Below are positions 10,407 through 20,003 of a DNA stretch of 60,051 bases, one piece after another. The position numbers and the translations under genes were made by a program. Position 1 is the stretch's first letter. Every line of letters starts with the position of its first letter. Below the pieces are notes generated by a model. That model searched no databases. It was not told the DNA's origin and was given only the letters and a program-made list of their open reading frames with translations. Source of the stretch: a virus (lineage: Duplodnaviria; Caudoviricetes); IMG/VR virus record IMGVR_UViG_3300046812_000237, positions 1 through 60,051 of that record. The stretch is one strand, 5' to 3'.

Positions 10407-10889
10407 ATGAGTGCATTTAGCAAGATCGAATCGTTTCTGACCAAGGCAGGGAAGGCTATTTCGGCAGGACTGTCGATCGCGGACTACTTCATTCCGGTCC
10501 TACGACCGTTCGTAGGCTCAGGCGCGCCGCAGACGGTCTTGAACGATGTCGCACAGGTCGCCGCGAGGGGGACCAACGACCTCACCGCCATTGGCTCGAC
10601 TGTCTTGCAGATTGAAGGCGCGTTGCAGGGAGTCCCGGGCCCGCAGAAATTGCAGGCGGTCGCTACACTCATCACGCCAATCATCGAGTCTGCGGAGTTC
10701 CTGCTCGGCACCGATCCGGGCGATGACGCCGAGTTCAATGCGGGCGTGAAGGACATGGCCAATGCAGTCGTCCGCATCTATAACTCGCGCAAGCCGAAGG
10801 TCAATCTCAAGAACACCGGCACGGTATCGGTCCTTTCGGCTCCGCTGGCCACACCGACACCGGTGGCACCGGATCCCGCCAAGCCATGA
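10407..10889 (+). CDS. hypothetical protein, possibly membrane-associated
   Basis: AGGGGG RBS; amphipathic, with a GPQKLQAV motif. Confidence 0.55.
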   Translation: MSAFSKIESFLTKAGKAISAGLSIADYFIPVLRPFVGSGAPQTVLNDVAQVAARGTNDLTAIGSTVLQIEGALQGVPGPQKLQAVATLITPIIESAEFLLGTDPGDDAEFNAGVKDMANAVVRIYNSRKPKVNLKNTGTVSVLSAPLATPTPVAPDPAKP

Positions 10890-11146
10890 TTTTCTGGTAC
10901 TTAAAAATCGGATCTCGCTCTCTGGACCTGTCCGTCTGGGAGTGGGATCCGGTTTATTGTGCTCCCGCTTACACCATGTTTGGCCTGGTCGCGCGGCGCG
11001 GCGGAAGCGCCCGGTACGGCATCCAGTTCACTGGCCGCAAGACCTATGACACTGGGTGCGTTCGCGTGGGAATGGCGTGGTGGTGGAAAGGGCGCGGGCA
11101 CGAACTCTCGGTCACTGGCCCGCTAATCAGGGTGAACTTCACATGA
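10886..11146 (+). CDS. hypothetical protein
   Basis: ATGA-coupled on both sides. Confidence 0.45.
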   Translation: MIFWYLKIGSRSLDLSVWEWDPVYCAPAYTMFGLVARRGGSARYGIQFTGRKTYDTGCVRVGMAWWWKGRGHELSVTGPLIRVNFT

Positions 11147-11850
11147 TCTCGGTACTCTGTCCATCGCGAGGCCGACCCGGCATCCTTGAGCGCATGGTGG
11201 TCTCCATCCACGAGACCGCCAAGGGCGACTGGGACGTTGTCGTGTACGCCGATGAAGACGACAAGCCCACAATCAAACTGTGCGAGGACCACGCCGACGC
11301 CATCAAGCTAGTCGTTGGTCCTCGCATCATCCTCACCGACTGCTGGAATAAGTGTCTGCCGAAAGCTGCCGGCGACATCCTGTGTCAGGGAAATGATGAC
11401 ATTGTCTTTCGCACGCCGGGGTGGGACCTGATGGTCGAGGGCGCGTTCGCGCAATCGTTCGACAAACTCCTGATGGTCTACGGCGATGACCAAGGGATGC
11501 ACCACGGCAAGTTCGGGCCACACCCGTTTGTCCATCGCCGCTGGCTGGACATCACTGGCGGGTGGTTCATTCCGCCATACTTCTGGTCAGAGTTCGGCGA
11601 CACCTGGGTGAACGAGGTCTATCGCGGCGTCGATCGCGCGAGGTTCCTGCCGTTCGTGGTCGAGCATATGCACTACGAGTTCAAGAAGGCGGAGTTCGAC
11701 CAGACCTACCGCGACCGCGTGGCGAATCATCAGCGCACGAATCCGGGCCATCACTACGAGTTCACCAAGCCAGAGCGCGAGCAACAAACCGAAAAGCTAC
11801 GCTCGCTTCTTGGCACGCCTTGGAGGCCGCGTGAATCATCCAGTCTTTGA
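11143..11850 (+). CDS. glycosyltransferase, GT-A fold (GT2-like)
   Basis: ISVLCPSRGRP..YADEDD..GNDDIVFRTPGWD..FGDTW..EHMHY. Confidence 0.85.
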   Translation: MISVLCPSRGRPGILERMVVSIHETAKGDWDVVVYADEDDKPTIKLCEDHADAIKLVVGPRIILTDCWNKCLPKAAGDILCQGNDDIVFRTPGWDLMVEGAFAQSFDKLLMVYGDDQGMHHGKFGPHPFVHRRWLDITGGWFIPPYFWSEFGDTWVNEVYRGVDRARFLPFVVEHMHYEFKKAEFDQTYRDRVANHQRTNPGHHYEFTKPEREQQTEKLRSLLGTPWRPRESSSL

Positions 11851-12643
11851 ACTGTTCAGGCCGTTCCTCGCGTCCTACTTCGAACAAGCCGTTCCGCCTG
11901 TCGACGAGGAATACTTCGAGTGGGTCGACCTGCTTCTCGCCGTCTGGGAGGCCAGCCAAAGAAACCCGGGCGGTCACTTTGTCATGGCCGAGGTCGGAGC
12001 GGGTCACGGCAGGTGGGGAATCCGCGGCGCGCAAGCTGCGTTCTTCGCCGGGCTCAATTCCCACGTAGTCTTTGTGGAAGCTGAACCGCAGCATTGCAAG
12101 TGGCTGTGCGCTGCCGTGGCCAAGGAGTTTGTCGGGCAGCATAAGGAAGCCGAGGTCCTCGAGCGCGTCATCGCCCATGATTCCAAGCAGGTGCCGTTCT
12201 ACATCCAGAGGGAAGGCAACGACGCCTCGAACTGGTTTGGCCAGTACCGGCTCGCCGATGCCTCCGGCGGTGTCCCTACGGACCGCATCTACCACGGGTT
12301 CGTGGTGTTCCGCCTAGGTGGTGACGAGTACATCGAGGTTCCAGCCATTAGCGTAGAGAAGGCACTCGAGCGCGTGCAGACCGTAGACCTGCTGGACATG
12401 GACCTGCAGGGTGCCGAGATGGATGTCGCCAGGATGGAGATGGAGTTGTTGACCGCCAAGGTGAGAAAGGTCCACATCGGCACACACTCACAAGAGATTG
12501 AGGAGTTTGTGCGGGCGCGCTTCACTGAGGCTGGCTGGCGTAACGTCTGGGATTTCGAGTGCGGCGGGACCCGCCAGACACCCTACGGTCGATCGTACTT
12601 TCAGGATGGCGTACAGACGTGGGTTAATCCGAAACCGCTTTAG
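11831..12643 (+). CDS. FkbM-family methyltransferase
   Basis: EVGAGHGRW, VEAEP, VDLLDMDLQGAE, HIGTHS, DGVQTWVNP. Confidence 0.85.
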   Translation: MNHPVFELFRPFLASYFEQAVPPVDEEYFEWVDLLLAVWEASQRNPGGHFVMAEVGAGHGRWGIRGAQAAFFAGLNSHVVFVEAEPQHCKWLCAAVAKEFVGQHKEAEVLERVIAHDSKQVPFYIQREGNDASNWFGQYRLADASGGVPTDRIYHGFVVFRLGGDEYIEVPAISVEKALERVQTVDLLDMDLQGAEMDVARMEMELLTAKVRKVHIGTHSQEIEEFVRARFTEAGWRNVWDFECGGTRQTPYGRSYFQDGVQTWVNPKPL

Positions 12644-12863
12644 GCTTTTCCTCTTTCGTCGACGGTGGCGCGGCTCCGCCCATCGAGTAGACCAGAATCG
12701 CTAGCAGCATCTTGGATGTGTCGGACAGCAGAGTCAGGCCCTCCGGCGCGATCTGTATCCCGCGCATCCGGACAATGAACAGCATCAGCATCATGGTCAG
12801 CCACAGGAATGCAATCAGGAGTGTCTTGCCTCCCGGAGTTCCAAACGCTTCGAGGAATTTCAT
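12624..12863 (-). CDS. putative holin
   Basis: 79 aa, two hydrophobic segments, charged C-terminus, coupled to the lysin candidate. Confidence 0.55.
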   Translation of the reverse strand: MKFLEAFGTPGGKTLLIAFLWLTMMLMLFIVRMRGIQIAPEGLTLLSDTSKMLLAILVYSMGGAAPPSTKEEKPKAVSD

Positions 12864-13267
12864 TCGGCCTCAATTCCCGGGTCAACTGCAACCGGCTGGA
12901 CTGGTTCGTGGGCAATCACTTCGAGCACTCTGTCTCCGGAGGCTCGTACTCGCTCGCGCACTGTTCGGGCTGTACAAATGCAACCTTCCGAAGCAGCGCC
13001 CGGGTGGTCGATGGAATCTCCGTGGATAAGGAAACTGTCGCGACCAAACATTTCATTCGAGGGATCTGGGGTCAAGGGAAGTACGAAGGGGCCATGATCG
13101 ACAGAATCGTGCGGGTCGCCGATGTGGTAGATGCCACAGGGAATCGGCCCGAGATTTTTTAGTGCCTGATCCTCGGGCCGATTCTTATGCTCGCCCTTGC
13201 CGGAGTAGGCCGGCGAGCGGGGTCCTTCCGGGTCGATGAGCAGACCCGTTTGAATGTAGGTCCACAC
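12860..13267 (-). CDS. Tlde1/DUF2778-type L,D-transpeptidase-fold protein, probable endolysin
   Basis: YSG..KN.P..GPIP.G.Y.I..GRDSFLIHGDS..ASEGCI. Confidence 0.8.
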   Translation of the reverse strand: MWTYIQTGLLIDPEGPRSPAYSGKGEHKNRPEDQALKNLGPIPCGIYHIGDPHDSVDHGPFVLPLTPDPSNEMFGRDSFLIHGDSIDHPGAASEGCICTARTVRERVRASGDRVLEVIAHEPVQPVAVDPGIEAE

Positions 13268-13273
13268 GCGCGG

Positions 13274-13498
13274 TTAAGGTGCGGGTGTCGGAGGCGGTGG
13301 AGTCGTGTTTGCGCTCACCGCGTCAGCCACCTTCTGCGCTTCTGCATCCAGTGAGTCAGCCAGCGCGTTCAGCGCGGCTGGATTGTTGGCGTTGTCGCGA
13401 ATCTGCTGCGCCAGGCCATTGACCAAGGCGATGATGGAATCATCCTGGTCTTTGATCTTGGTTACTGAAGCTGTCAAGCGGTCCAGTTCTGCGCTCAT
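13274..13498 (-). CDS. helical coiled-coil protein (an in-frame start at 13582 would add a TM anchor; spanin-like candidate)
   Basis: AGGGGAG RBS before 13498; Ala/Leu-rich helix; lysis-cassette position. Confidence 0.5.
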   Translation of the reverse strand: MSAELDRLTASVTKIKDQDDSIIALVNGLAQQIRDNANNPAALNALADSLDAEAQKVADAVSANTTPPPPTPAP

Positions 13499-13584
13499 GT
13501 GTCTCCCCTGTTTGAGAATGAGTAACTGAAAGAGAATTACGATCAGAAAGGCGATGACAATTCCTGAAGGTGCTGGAGGCATGG

Positions 13585-13803
13585 CTATCGGCGGAAAGGC
13601 CAGATTGGGCCATTGCTGAGAGGTAAGGCCATCCCGCTCCATCCGAGAAACACGCCGAGCAGCCATAGCACTACGGCTACGATCACCACAGCGTTAATCA
13701 GTTTCAGAAATGGGGCCCAGATGTACGGAGCTGCATGCTGGTTTATAGCCCACATCAAGACCCCGATTACGACGAGGATCACGATGATCTGAATGACTGG
13801 CAT
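13585..13803 (-). CDS. small two-TM membrane protein (Thivi_2564-like)
   Basis: IIVILVVIGVLMWAIN..KLINAVVIVAVVLWLL. Confidence 0.65.
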   Translation of the reverse strand: MPVIQIIVILVVIGVLMWAINQHAAPYIWAPFLKLINAVVIVAVVLWLLGVFLGWSGMALPLSNGPIWPFRR

Positions 13804-13814
13804 TGGCTGGTCTC

Positions 13815-14474
13815 CTAAGCAGGCGGTTGACAGAACTGGCCGAATCCGTAGTTGCTGCCGCACATCGTACTCTTATCGGGCGCTAGTTGATAGCCTCCGT
13901 TGCCTTGCGAGTTGCCGTCCGCGTAGAACACGCCCCACGGCTCGGCCACCATCTCGGCGCCGACCGGCGCGCTGGTGGACTTGTACTTCACCCACACGCC
14001 GTTTTCGGCGTACTCGACAAACGAGTTGGGATCGGGATTCACACCAGCCTGCCCGGGCACCTTGGGCTTGGCCATCATGGCGTCGAACGAGGTCCAGTTC
14101 ACCGTCGGCTGCGCGTCCGTGTTGGTCATTACGAAGTGATACCACGTCCCCTTCTTCAGCACGGGGAAGGACGGAAAGCCAATCAGCGGGAAGCCGCCGT
14201 TATTCACCCACATGGGATACTCCGGGTCCTCGATGAGGTAGCCGGTGGCGATCGGCGCGTTCGGCTTGCCGTTCAGGTCCGACCATATCTCGTAGCGATT
14301 GCGGCCGTCGGTTCCAGCGGCATACCCTGCGCTCTGCGTCATCAGGTAGAAGCGAATCGCGGCCACGGGAGAGCTAAACAGTGCCTTGAATCCCACGCCC
14401 ACGCGAAGATTCGCGGGACCACCAATCGTGATGTTGTTCAATCCTTGCGCGGGATCGCCGGGATAGAGCGTCAC
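13815..14474 (-). CDS. hypothetical beta-rich protein
   Basis: 219 aa ORF, aromatic/Gly-rich, coupled to upstream gene. Confidence 0.6.
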   Translation of the reverse strand: MTLYPGDPAQGLNNITIGGPANLRVGVGFKALFSSPVAAIRFYLMTQSAGYAAGTDGRNRYEIWSDLNGKPNAPIATGYLIEDPEYPMWVNNGGFPLIGFPSFPVLKKGTWYHFVMTNTDAQPTVNWTSFDAMMAKPKVPGQAGVNPDPNSFVEYAENGVWVKYKSTSAPVGAEMVAEPWGVFYADGNSQGNGGYQLAPDKSTMCGSNYGFGQFCQPPA

Positions 14475-14665
14475 GAGTGCCCCCTGTCGCGAGAACGAGT
14501 CGGCAGGTCAAACAGTTTCAGATTGTGCGCCTTGCAGTACCAGCTCATCAGCGTCTCGTGCTCAATGTCGTAGCGCGCCAGACGCCGGTCCGTGCGAATT
14601 ATCGCCCATAGGAGCGTGCCGAGCGTGACGATATTTCCAAGACTGACGGTGAGGTCGAAGTGCAT
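14471..14665 (-). CDS. small membrane protein
   Basis: N-terminal hydrophobic segment followed by a charged tail. Confidence 0.5.
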   Translation of the reverse strand: MHFDLTVSLGNIVTLGTLLWAIIRTDRRLARYDIEHETLMSWYCKAHNLKLFDLPTRSRDRGHS

Positions 14666-14850
14666 CGGTCAATCCTGCCTATGATACGCCGATGCTTCCA
14701 TCCCCGCCATGCCGCATACATGCCGATGGCCAGGTACAAGATTGTGTCGAGCCGAAGCGTCATATGGTCTCATTTTCCAAGGTGTCCCCTAGCCTAAGCA
14801 ATCCAGAATTGTTCGTATGTACCAAAGTGCACGCCGGTACGTATCTCACG

Positions 14851-15156
14851 TCACGGTGCCTTCGGAATGTCGGCGACAGCATCCTTGGCCGCTTCGATAC
14901 CCTTCGAGAATCCCTGAGCTTCCTTCGGATCCGTGGGTGTCTCCCCGACTGCACTGTAAAGTTTGACGCTCACCTGCCGCAGGTTCAACGAACCGTAGTA
15001 AGCGATCAGCATGAGAAGGGTGTTATAGCGTCGCTTGGTCACTGCCGAGCAGTTCGCGAAGACCTCCCGCGGCGGCAGCGCGATGTTTACGACCGACCAG
15101 AACAGCACCCAGTAAGCGGCGTAGTCGGCGACACTGTGACCTGAGATGGATAGCAT
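14851..15156 (-). CDS. small membrane protein
   Basis: AGGAG RBS, hydrophobic segments. Confidence 0.55.
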   Translation of the reverse strand: MLSISGHSVADYAAYWVLFWSVVNIALPPREVFANCSAVTKRRYNTLLMLIAYYGSLNLRQVSVKLYSAVGETPTDPKEAQGFSKGIEAAKDAVADIPKAP

Positions 15157-17595
15157 TTACTCTCCTTTGAGCCCGAGCGCGGAGCGGATGCGGGCAAGCG
15201 CCTCATCGGCGGTGAAGGTTCCCTTGGCCAAGGAATTGAGAACGGTCTGCACCGAGTTCGTTTCCGCCCGGCTCAGGTTGCCCTTCTCCTTCCACACGGA
15301 GTCTAGTTCCCTGCTCATCCCCTCGCTCAGTGGTTGGCCTATCTTGATTCCGGGCGGCATGGTGGTCCGTGGCGCTGGCGCATTAAACGGCGTCGCGCTG
15401 CCGGGCTTGAGACCGGCGCCGGGCTCGCGCGAGACCCACTCCTGAAAGCCGGGATGCTCGAGCAGTCGACCGACTCCATAACGCAGTCCGGGTACGGCCA
15501 TGCCTCCGGCAAAGGAAGCCAACGCAGTGCCAGGCCTTCCCGAGGCTAACTCCTCGAGTGCGCCGATTGTTCCGAAAGCGGGCGCCCCTAACTCGAAAGC
15601 CGAGAGGTGCTGAAGCTGCCGAGCCTTATCGGTCATCTTGCCCTTGATGAACTCGTTCTTATTGAAAGGCTCTGGTGGCGCTGTGAGGTCAGCAACATGG
15701 GCCGGCACGGGCTGCTCGTGAACAGGCGGAGGTCCCACCTCTCCGGGCTGCGGTTCCGGCTTCGGAACGTAGTCCGGGATAACCCGCGCCTGCTTGGGCA
15801 GAGTCTTGGCCTGGTCGAGCGAGTGCTTCATGGCGTCCAGAGCCTCGACCGGCGAGCCCTCGAACTGCCCGAGCAGTTGCTTCGCGTACTGGAACGCCTT
15901 GGGCTCGGACAGTATTTGGCGGAGGAATGGCGCGGCAGTGGCGGCAGCGTTGGGATCGTCCTGCAGCGCGCCGATAACCTCCCGGTACTTGGCGATAGCC
16001 TTGGCGACGGGCGACGTCCGGTTGTAGAACGTGCGCGCCATCTGTTTGAAACGTCCCTGCGACTCGGCGAACTGTTTCGAGACTTCCGGGCCCTCGGCGT
16101 CAGAGAGTTCCTTCATCGCCTTGCGGAGCACGTCCTGCGCCCCGAGGTAGGCCGCGCGCTGATAACCGTCGGTGGCGCGCGTGGCCAGTTTGCCGAGCGC
16201 GGAATACTGGGAATGGAGATTCGCAAAGTTTGGCTTGGCTGCGCTCTCGCCCTCACCCTTGAGCGCCGCGGCCTCGTCCGGCAGAAAGATGCCCTGCTCC
16301 ATCATCTGATCGAGTGCCTCGGCGCTGAAGTCGCCGGGATGCAGGCCCGGGCCTTCCTCGAGACCGGTCTCCGATTCTGCTGGCGTGTAGCGGCTGATAA
16401 TTCTCTGGATTGGGCCAGGGACCGCGCCGTGCTCCTTCATGGCGCTCTCGGCTGCGGCCTTCATGCGGTCGGCGATGTCGGCGGCGTCGGCCTCTCCGCC
16501 CACCTCCGGATAGGATTCCTTGACCTGCTGTTCGATCTTCTGCTGGTGCTCATTAAGCTGGCGCCCGAGTTCGGTCGCGTGGGCATTGGCCTCGTCGAGT
16601 AACTGCTGCTTCTGCTTCTGCTTGGCTTCCTCGGCGGCGCGCTGCTCGGCCACCTTCTGCGGGCCCTCGGCGTTTTCCTGCTCCCACTGCGCCCGGGCCT
16701 TCTGGTATTCCTGCTGCGCCTCGCTGCCTTCGCCTTCGTGCTCGGCGAGCGCCTGGTTGTACTTGCCCTGCGCCTTGGAGATGTCGGTCTGGTTGGCGAG
16801 TTGGGCCTTCTCTGTGGCTGCCTTGTTCCTCTCCGCTATGTTTGCGGCTTCCTCTCCTGCTGCGCCGGTCGCCTCGGTAACCTCTCCGGGACTGGCACCG
16901 ACTAGGCGGCGGGTGGTGCCCCGAACGGTATTCGGTACGGCTTCGAGTTGTTTGCCTGCGCCGGGGATTTCTCCGGCAATCATCGGCAGGAGGGAGAGAG
17001 CCATCAGGTGACGCTGTACGACGTCGGCCTGCGTCTCGCCGGGCTGGCGCGGCGTGAGCAGGTCCTTGGCAGAGTAGTACAGCCCCATTGGGATTCTCAC
17101 GAGTGGACCGCCAGCATACGCAGCACCGGCGAGCGCACCGCTTCCCGCCGTGGTCCCGGAGGATGCTATGTTCGAGGCAAAAGCGCCGTTGTGTAGACCA
17201 TTGATGGCTTGTTGCTCGAGAAATGTTGCCGGTGGACCACCCTTGGCCACGCGCCCGAGGATTTCCTGCTCATGCTCCAGCGCGCGCTGCTTCATCTGTT
17301 GCGACATGCCACCGAGCAATTCGCTAGGAGTGCCATAGGCCCCGGGGGGTTCCTCCATGCCCCAGGAGTTAGCGGCTAGGCCGGTCTCTTGCCCGGGAAT
17401 CGGTGCCCCTGGCGACGGTCCTTGCGCGGTCTTGGTTGTTGGTGTCAGCCCCGGAATCTGCTCGGGACGGAGAGCGGGAGAAGGTGCGGCAGCCTTGCCC
17501 GGTGCGTTAGAGGAAAACCAGTCCTGTCCCGATGGTGTAGCGGATGCCTTCGGGGCGTTTGAGGTGAACCAGTCCTGTGCCGTTTGTGGCGCCAT
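15157..17595 (-). CDS. putative internal virion (ejection) protein
   Basis: 812 aa Ala/Pro/Gly/Glu-rich helical protein, QDWF.SNAP N-terminal repeats, podovirus ejection-gene position. Confidence 0.6.
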   Translation of the reverse strand: MAPQTAQDWFTSNAPKASATPSGQDWFSSNAPGKAAAPSPALRPEQIPGLTPTTKTAQGPSPGAPIPGQETGLAANSWGMEEPPGAYGTPSELLGGMSQQMKQRALEHEQEILGRVAKGGPPATFLEQQAINGLHNGAFASNIASSGTTAGSGALAGAAYAGGPLVRIPMGLYYSAKDLLTPRQPGETQADVVQRHLMALSLLPMIAGEIPGAGKQLEAVPNTVRGTTRRLVGASPGEVTEATGAAGEEAANIAERNKAATEKAQLANQTDISKAQGKYNQALAEHEGEGSEAQQEYQKARAQWEQENAEGPQKVAEQRAAEEAKQKQKQQLLDEANAHATELGRQLNEHQQKIEQQVKESYPEVGGEADAADIADRMKAAAESAMKEHGAVPGPIQRIISRYTPAESETGLEEGPGLHPGDFSAEALDQMMEQGIFLPDEAAALKGEGESAAKPNFANLHSQYSALGKLATRATDGYQRAAYLGAQDVLRKAMKELSDAEGPEVSKQFAESQGRFKQMARTFYNRTSPVAKAIAKYREVIGALQDDPNAAATAAPFLRQILSEPKAFQYAKQLLGQFEGSPVEALDAMKHSLDQAKTLPKQARVIPDYVPKPEPQPGEVGPPPVHEQPVPAHVADLTAPPEPFNKNEFIKGKMTDKARQLQHLSAFELGAPAFGTIGALEELASGRPGTALASFAGGMAVPGLRYGVGRLLEHPGFQEWVSREPGAGLKPGSATPFNAPAPRTTMPPGIKIGQPLSEGMSRELDSVWKEKGNLSRAETNSVQTVLNSLAKGTFTADEALARIRSALGLKGE

Positions 17596-17598
17596 GTC

Positions 17599-19233
17599 TC
17601 ACTGCACGACCGTCGCACCAAGAGACTTGAAGTGCTCGACCTGGTCGGCTGGAACTGGCTTGATCGGTCCTGGCTTACCGTCCGGGCCAGCGGGCGCCTG
17701 CATCTTGACGGTCCCGCCGGGAGGTGGCGGCGTTTCTTTGTTCATCCCGTAGCCCTTACGGGTCTCCTCGCGCACGCGGTCGTAGGCCTTGTCGGCGGTG
17801 GCGACGCGCTGCTTGGCCAGTTCTAGCATCGACTTCATCTGTGGAGGAGTCAAGAAGACGCCCGCCTTCGGGTCGAGGGTGATGGTGACGTCGCCGGTGT
17901 CCGGGTCGATGTTCGTCCAGCGCGCGAGCGCCTTTTCGAGCCACGGCGTCGATCCGGCGGCCTCGTTCCAGACCGACTGCGTACCGCGGATGGAGTTGCC
18001 CTGTACGGTCATGCCGATATGCGCGCCGAGCAGGTTGACCATGGCCTGCTGGTCGCCGGCCAGTGCTCGAGGCAGCGACTCGGTCATCGTCTCGTAGCGC
18101 GACTCAGCATCGTTGACGACTCCGAAAGCCTTCTGGACAGGTTCCGGAACAGTGCGACCGACGGTTGTGCCCGCGCCGGTGATCTTCGAAACCGGTGGCT
18201 CCGGAGGTGCACCGCCTCCGCGCGTGGTCGTCGTCCCCGCCTCGAAAGGAATGGCCTGCACCGATCCGTCGGCCTGCTTCTGATACATATAGCCGGTGCG
18301 CTGCGACTGCGTGGTGTTGTAGTCCTTGAGCGCGGCCTCGATGTTTCCTTGGTGCGCCTGCAGCGTGGCCTTCCAGACCGTATCGGCCTCGTCGGCGGAC
18401 GTCCAGAGTTGCGGATTCTGGATGATGTTGCCGTCCTTGTCGTAGATGTTCGTGTCGTAACGGCCGCGGAAAGCCGGTATCTTTTCTCCCTTGGGACCCT
18501 TGAGCGCGATCGTGCCACCGAGGTACATCGACTCGGGTTTCTGCCCCATGGCCAGTTCGATCTGCTGGAAGTTCCAGTCGGGGTGTTCTTGGAGCAGTTT
18601 CTCGCGGGTCGCGATCTGCGCCTGTATGGTAGCCTGCGCCGTCGCGCCGGTGCGCTGCGCGGCCTGCTGTGTGAGTTCTTCGGGGCTGTAAATCGGCGAA
18701 TATGCTGGCGGTGCCGCGCCGGCCATCGGGCCAAAGCCGAGCGAATTTCCCGTATCCTGCGGATTCATACGGTACTGCGGAGGTGCAAGACCGGCGCCGG
18801 GCGTCGGCAGGGACATCCCATGCGGCGCTCCGGCAGCCATGGGTCCAACGCCAGCGGCGCCAGTGAGCGGTGTCGGTGCCCCCATCGGTGCAGGAGGACC
18901 CTGCGACATCAGTTCCGGAGAAAACTGGACGTCGGTCGGCCCGGGTGTTGGCTGCATTGCGTTCGCGCCAAAGCCCTGCGGCGGCTGGATGATGTTCGTA
19001 AAATCCGTCAGTTCCTTCGGGATCTTCTTGTGTATCGGCAGGGCAGCCAACGACCCCATGTTCTTGAGGATCTCGAGTTGCGCCTCTGGACGTGCGTTCT
19101 CTAGCAGTTTGGAATGGAGGTTCCAGAGGTTCGCCCTCTGCTGCATGTTGTTTTCGAGATTCTGCCGTTCCCTCTCGGCAAAAGCATTGCCGAGGCCCTG
19201 TAGCAGTCCGCCGCCGAAGCCGGGTGAACTCAC
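17599..19233 (-). CDS. putative internal virion (ejection) protein
   Basis: 544 aa, GFGGGLLQGLG N-terminus, low complexity, position. Confidence 0.6.
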   Translation of the reverse strand: MSSPGFGGGLLQGLGNAFAERERQNLENNMQQRANLWNLHSKLLENARPEAQLEILKNMGSLAALPIHKKIPKELTDFTNIIQPPQGFGANAMQPTPGPTDVQFSPELMSQGPPAPMGAPTPLTGAAGVGPMAAGAPHGMSLPTPGAGLAPPQYRMNPQDTGNSLGFGPMAGAAPPAYSPIYSPEELTQQAAQRTGATAQATIQAQIATREKLLQEHPDWNFQQIELAMGQKPESMYLGGTIALKGPKGEKIPAFRGRYDTNIYDKDGNIIQNPQLWTSADEADTVWKATLQAHQGNIEAALKDYNTTQSQRTGYMYQKQADGSVQAIPFEAGTTTTRGGGAPPEPPVSKITGAGTTVGRTVPEPVQKAFGVVNDAESRYETMTESLPRALAGDQQAMVNLLGAHIGMTVQGNSIRGTQSVWNEAAGSTPWLEKALARWTNIDPDTGDVTITLDPKAGVFLTPPQMKSMLELAKQRVATADKAYDRVREETRKGYGMNKETPPPPGGTVKMQAPAGPDGKPGPIKPVPADQVEHFKSLGATVVQ

Positions 19234-19234
19234 G

Positions 19235-20002
19235 TTACATCATCCCCGTTCCCGTAAATTGTTGCCGCATCGCTGCCCCTACCGCCTCATCGAACAGCGG
19301 GCGCACGAGGACCTGTAGCGCCGGGCGCGTTCGGAGGAAGTTTGCTGCCTTCTGGCCTATCTTGCCGTAAACGAACCGGAAGGCCTTCCAGTGCCACGGC
19401 AGCTTGCCGAGGCGCAGCCAGCTTCGTATCGCGAGAGTCCTGCGGTCCTTGGCGCCGTAGAGCACCTCTGCGATCCAACAGTGCATGATTCCCGCGCCAC
19501 CGAGTAACCCGAGGCCCTGCCCGATGCCGCCGAGCGCCGCGCCCTTGGCTGCGTTCTGACCGCTCTGATACTGCGTCAGGTCTCCGAAGCCGGTGGTTCC
19601 AACGCTGCCACCACCGAGACCGAGTTGTCCGCCGACCCCTGCCAGGCTAGCGAGTTGCTGCGCCGCATAGGGCTGGACGTTTTGATAGAGACCAGCGATC
19701 GAGGACGCCTTGTTGAGTTGGTTCTGCTGTAGCGCGAGGTTGCGCTCTCCGCCTGCCGGCATGAAATTCCGTAAGGTCTTGTCGCTGCCCTGATACACCT
19801 GGCCAATTTGCTGCGCCGATGGCGCGACAAGCTGCTGCCCGCCGGTGCCATTGCCAGAGAGCACGCCGGACCAGAAATCAGTCGCGGACCTGAGCGGGGC
19901 TGCGGAGCCGCTGAATAGCGCGCCACCGGTATTACTGAAATTGCCCGCAGTGTTGCCAAGCGAGTTCAGCGTATTGGCTGGTGCCTTGGGCCCTTTTCCG
20001 AT
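19235..20002 (-). CDS. putative ejection/pilot protein with C-terminal CFI-box-CTERM-like domain; probable ATC start
   Basis: Frame open from ATC 20002 (GKGPKAP) behind GGGAG; Gly/Gln-rich; CWIAEVLYG..IRSWL..VYGKIG..RPLF tail. Confidence 0.6.
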   Translation of the reverse strand: MGKGPKAPANTLNSLGNTAGNFSNTGGALFSGSAAPLRSATDFWSGVLSGNGTGGQQLVAPSAQQIGQVYQGSDKTLRNFMPAGGERNLALQQNQLNKASSIAGLYQNVQPYAAQQLASLAGVGGQLGLGGGSVGTTGFGDLTQYQSGQNAAKGAALGGIGQGLGLLGGAGIMHCWIAEVLYGAKDRRTLAIRSWLRLGKLPWHWKAFRFVYGKIGQKAANFLRTRPALQVLVRPLFDEAVGAAMRQQFTGTGMM

Positions 20003-20003
20003 T

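Noticed and set aside
5521-12643. DNA hypermodification as the role of the sugar cluster
   Set aside because: No base-hydroxylating or hydroxymethylating enzyme or phage polymerase was recognised; not excluded, but not supported.
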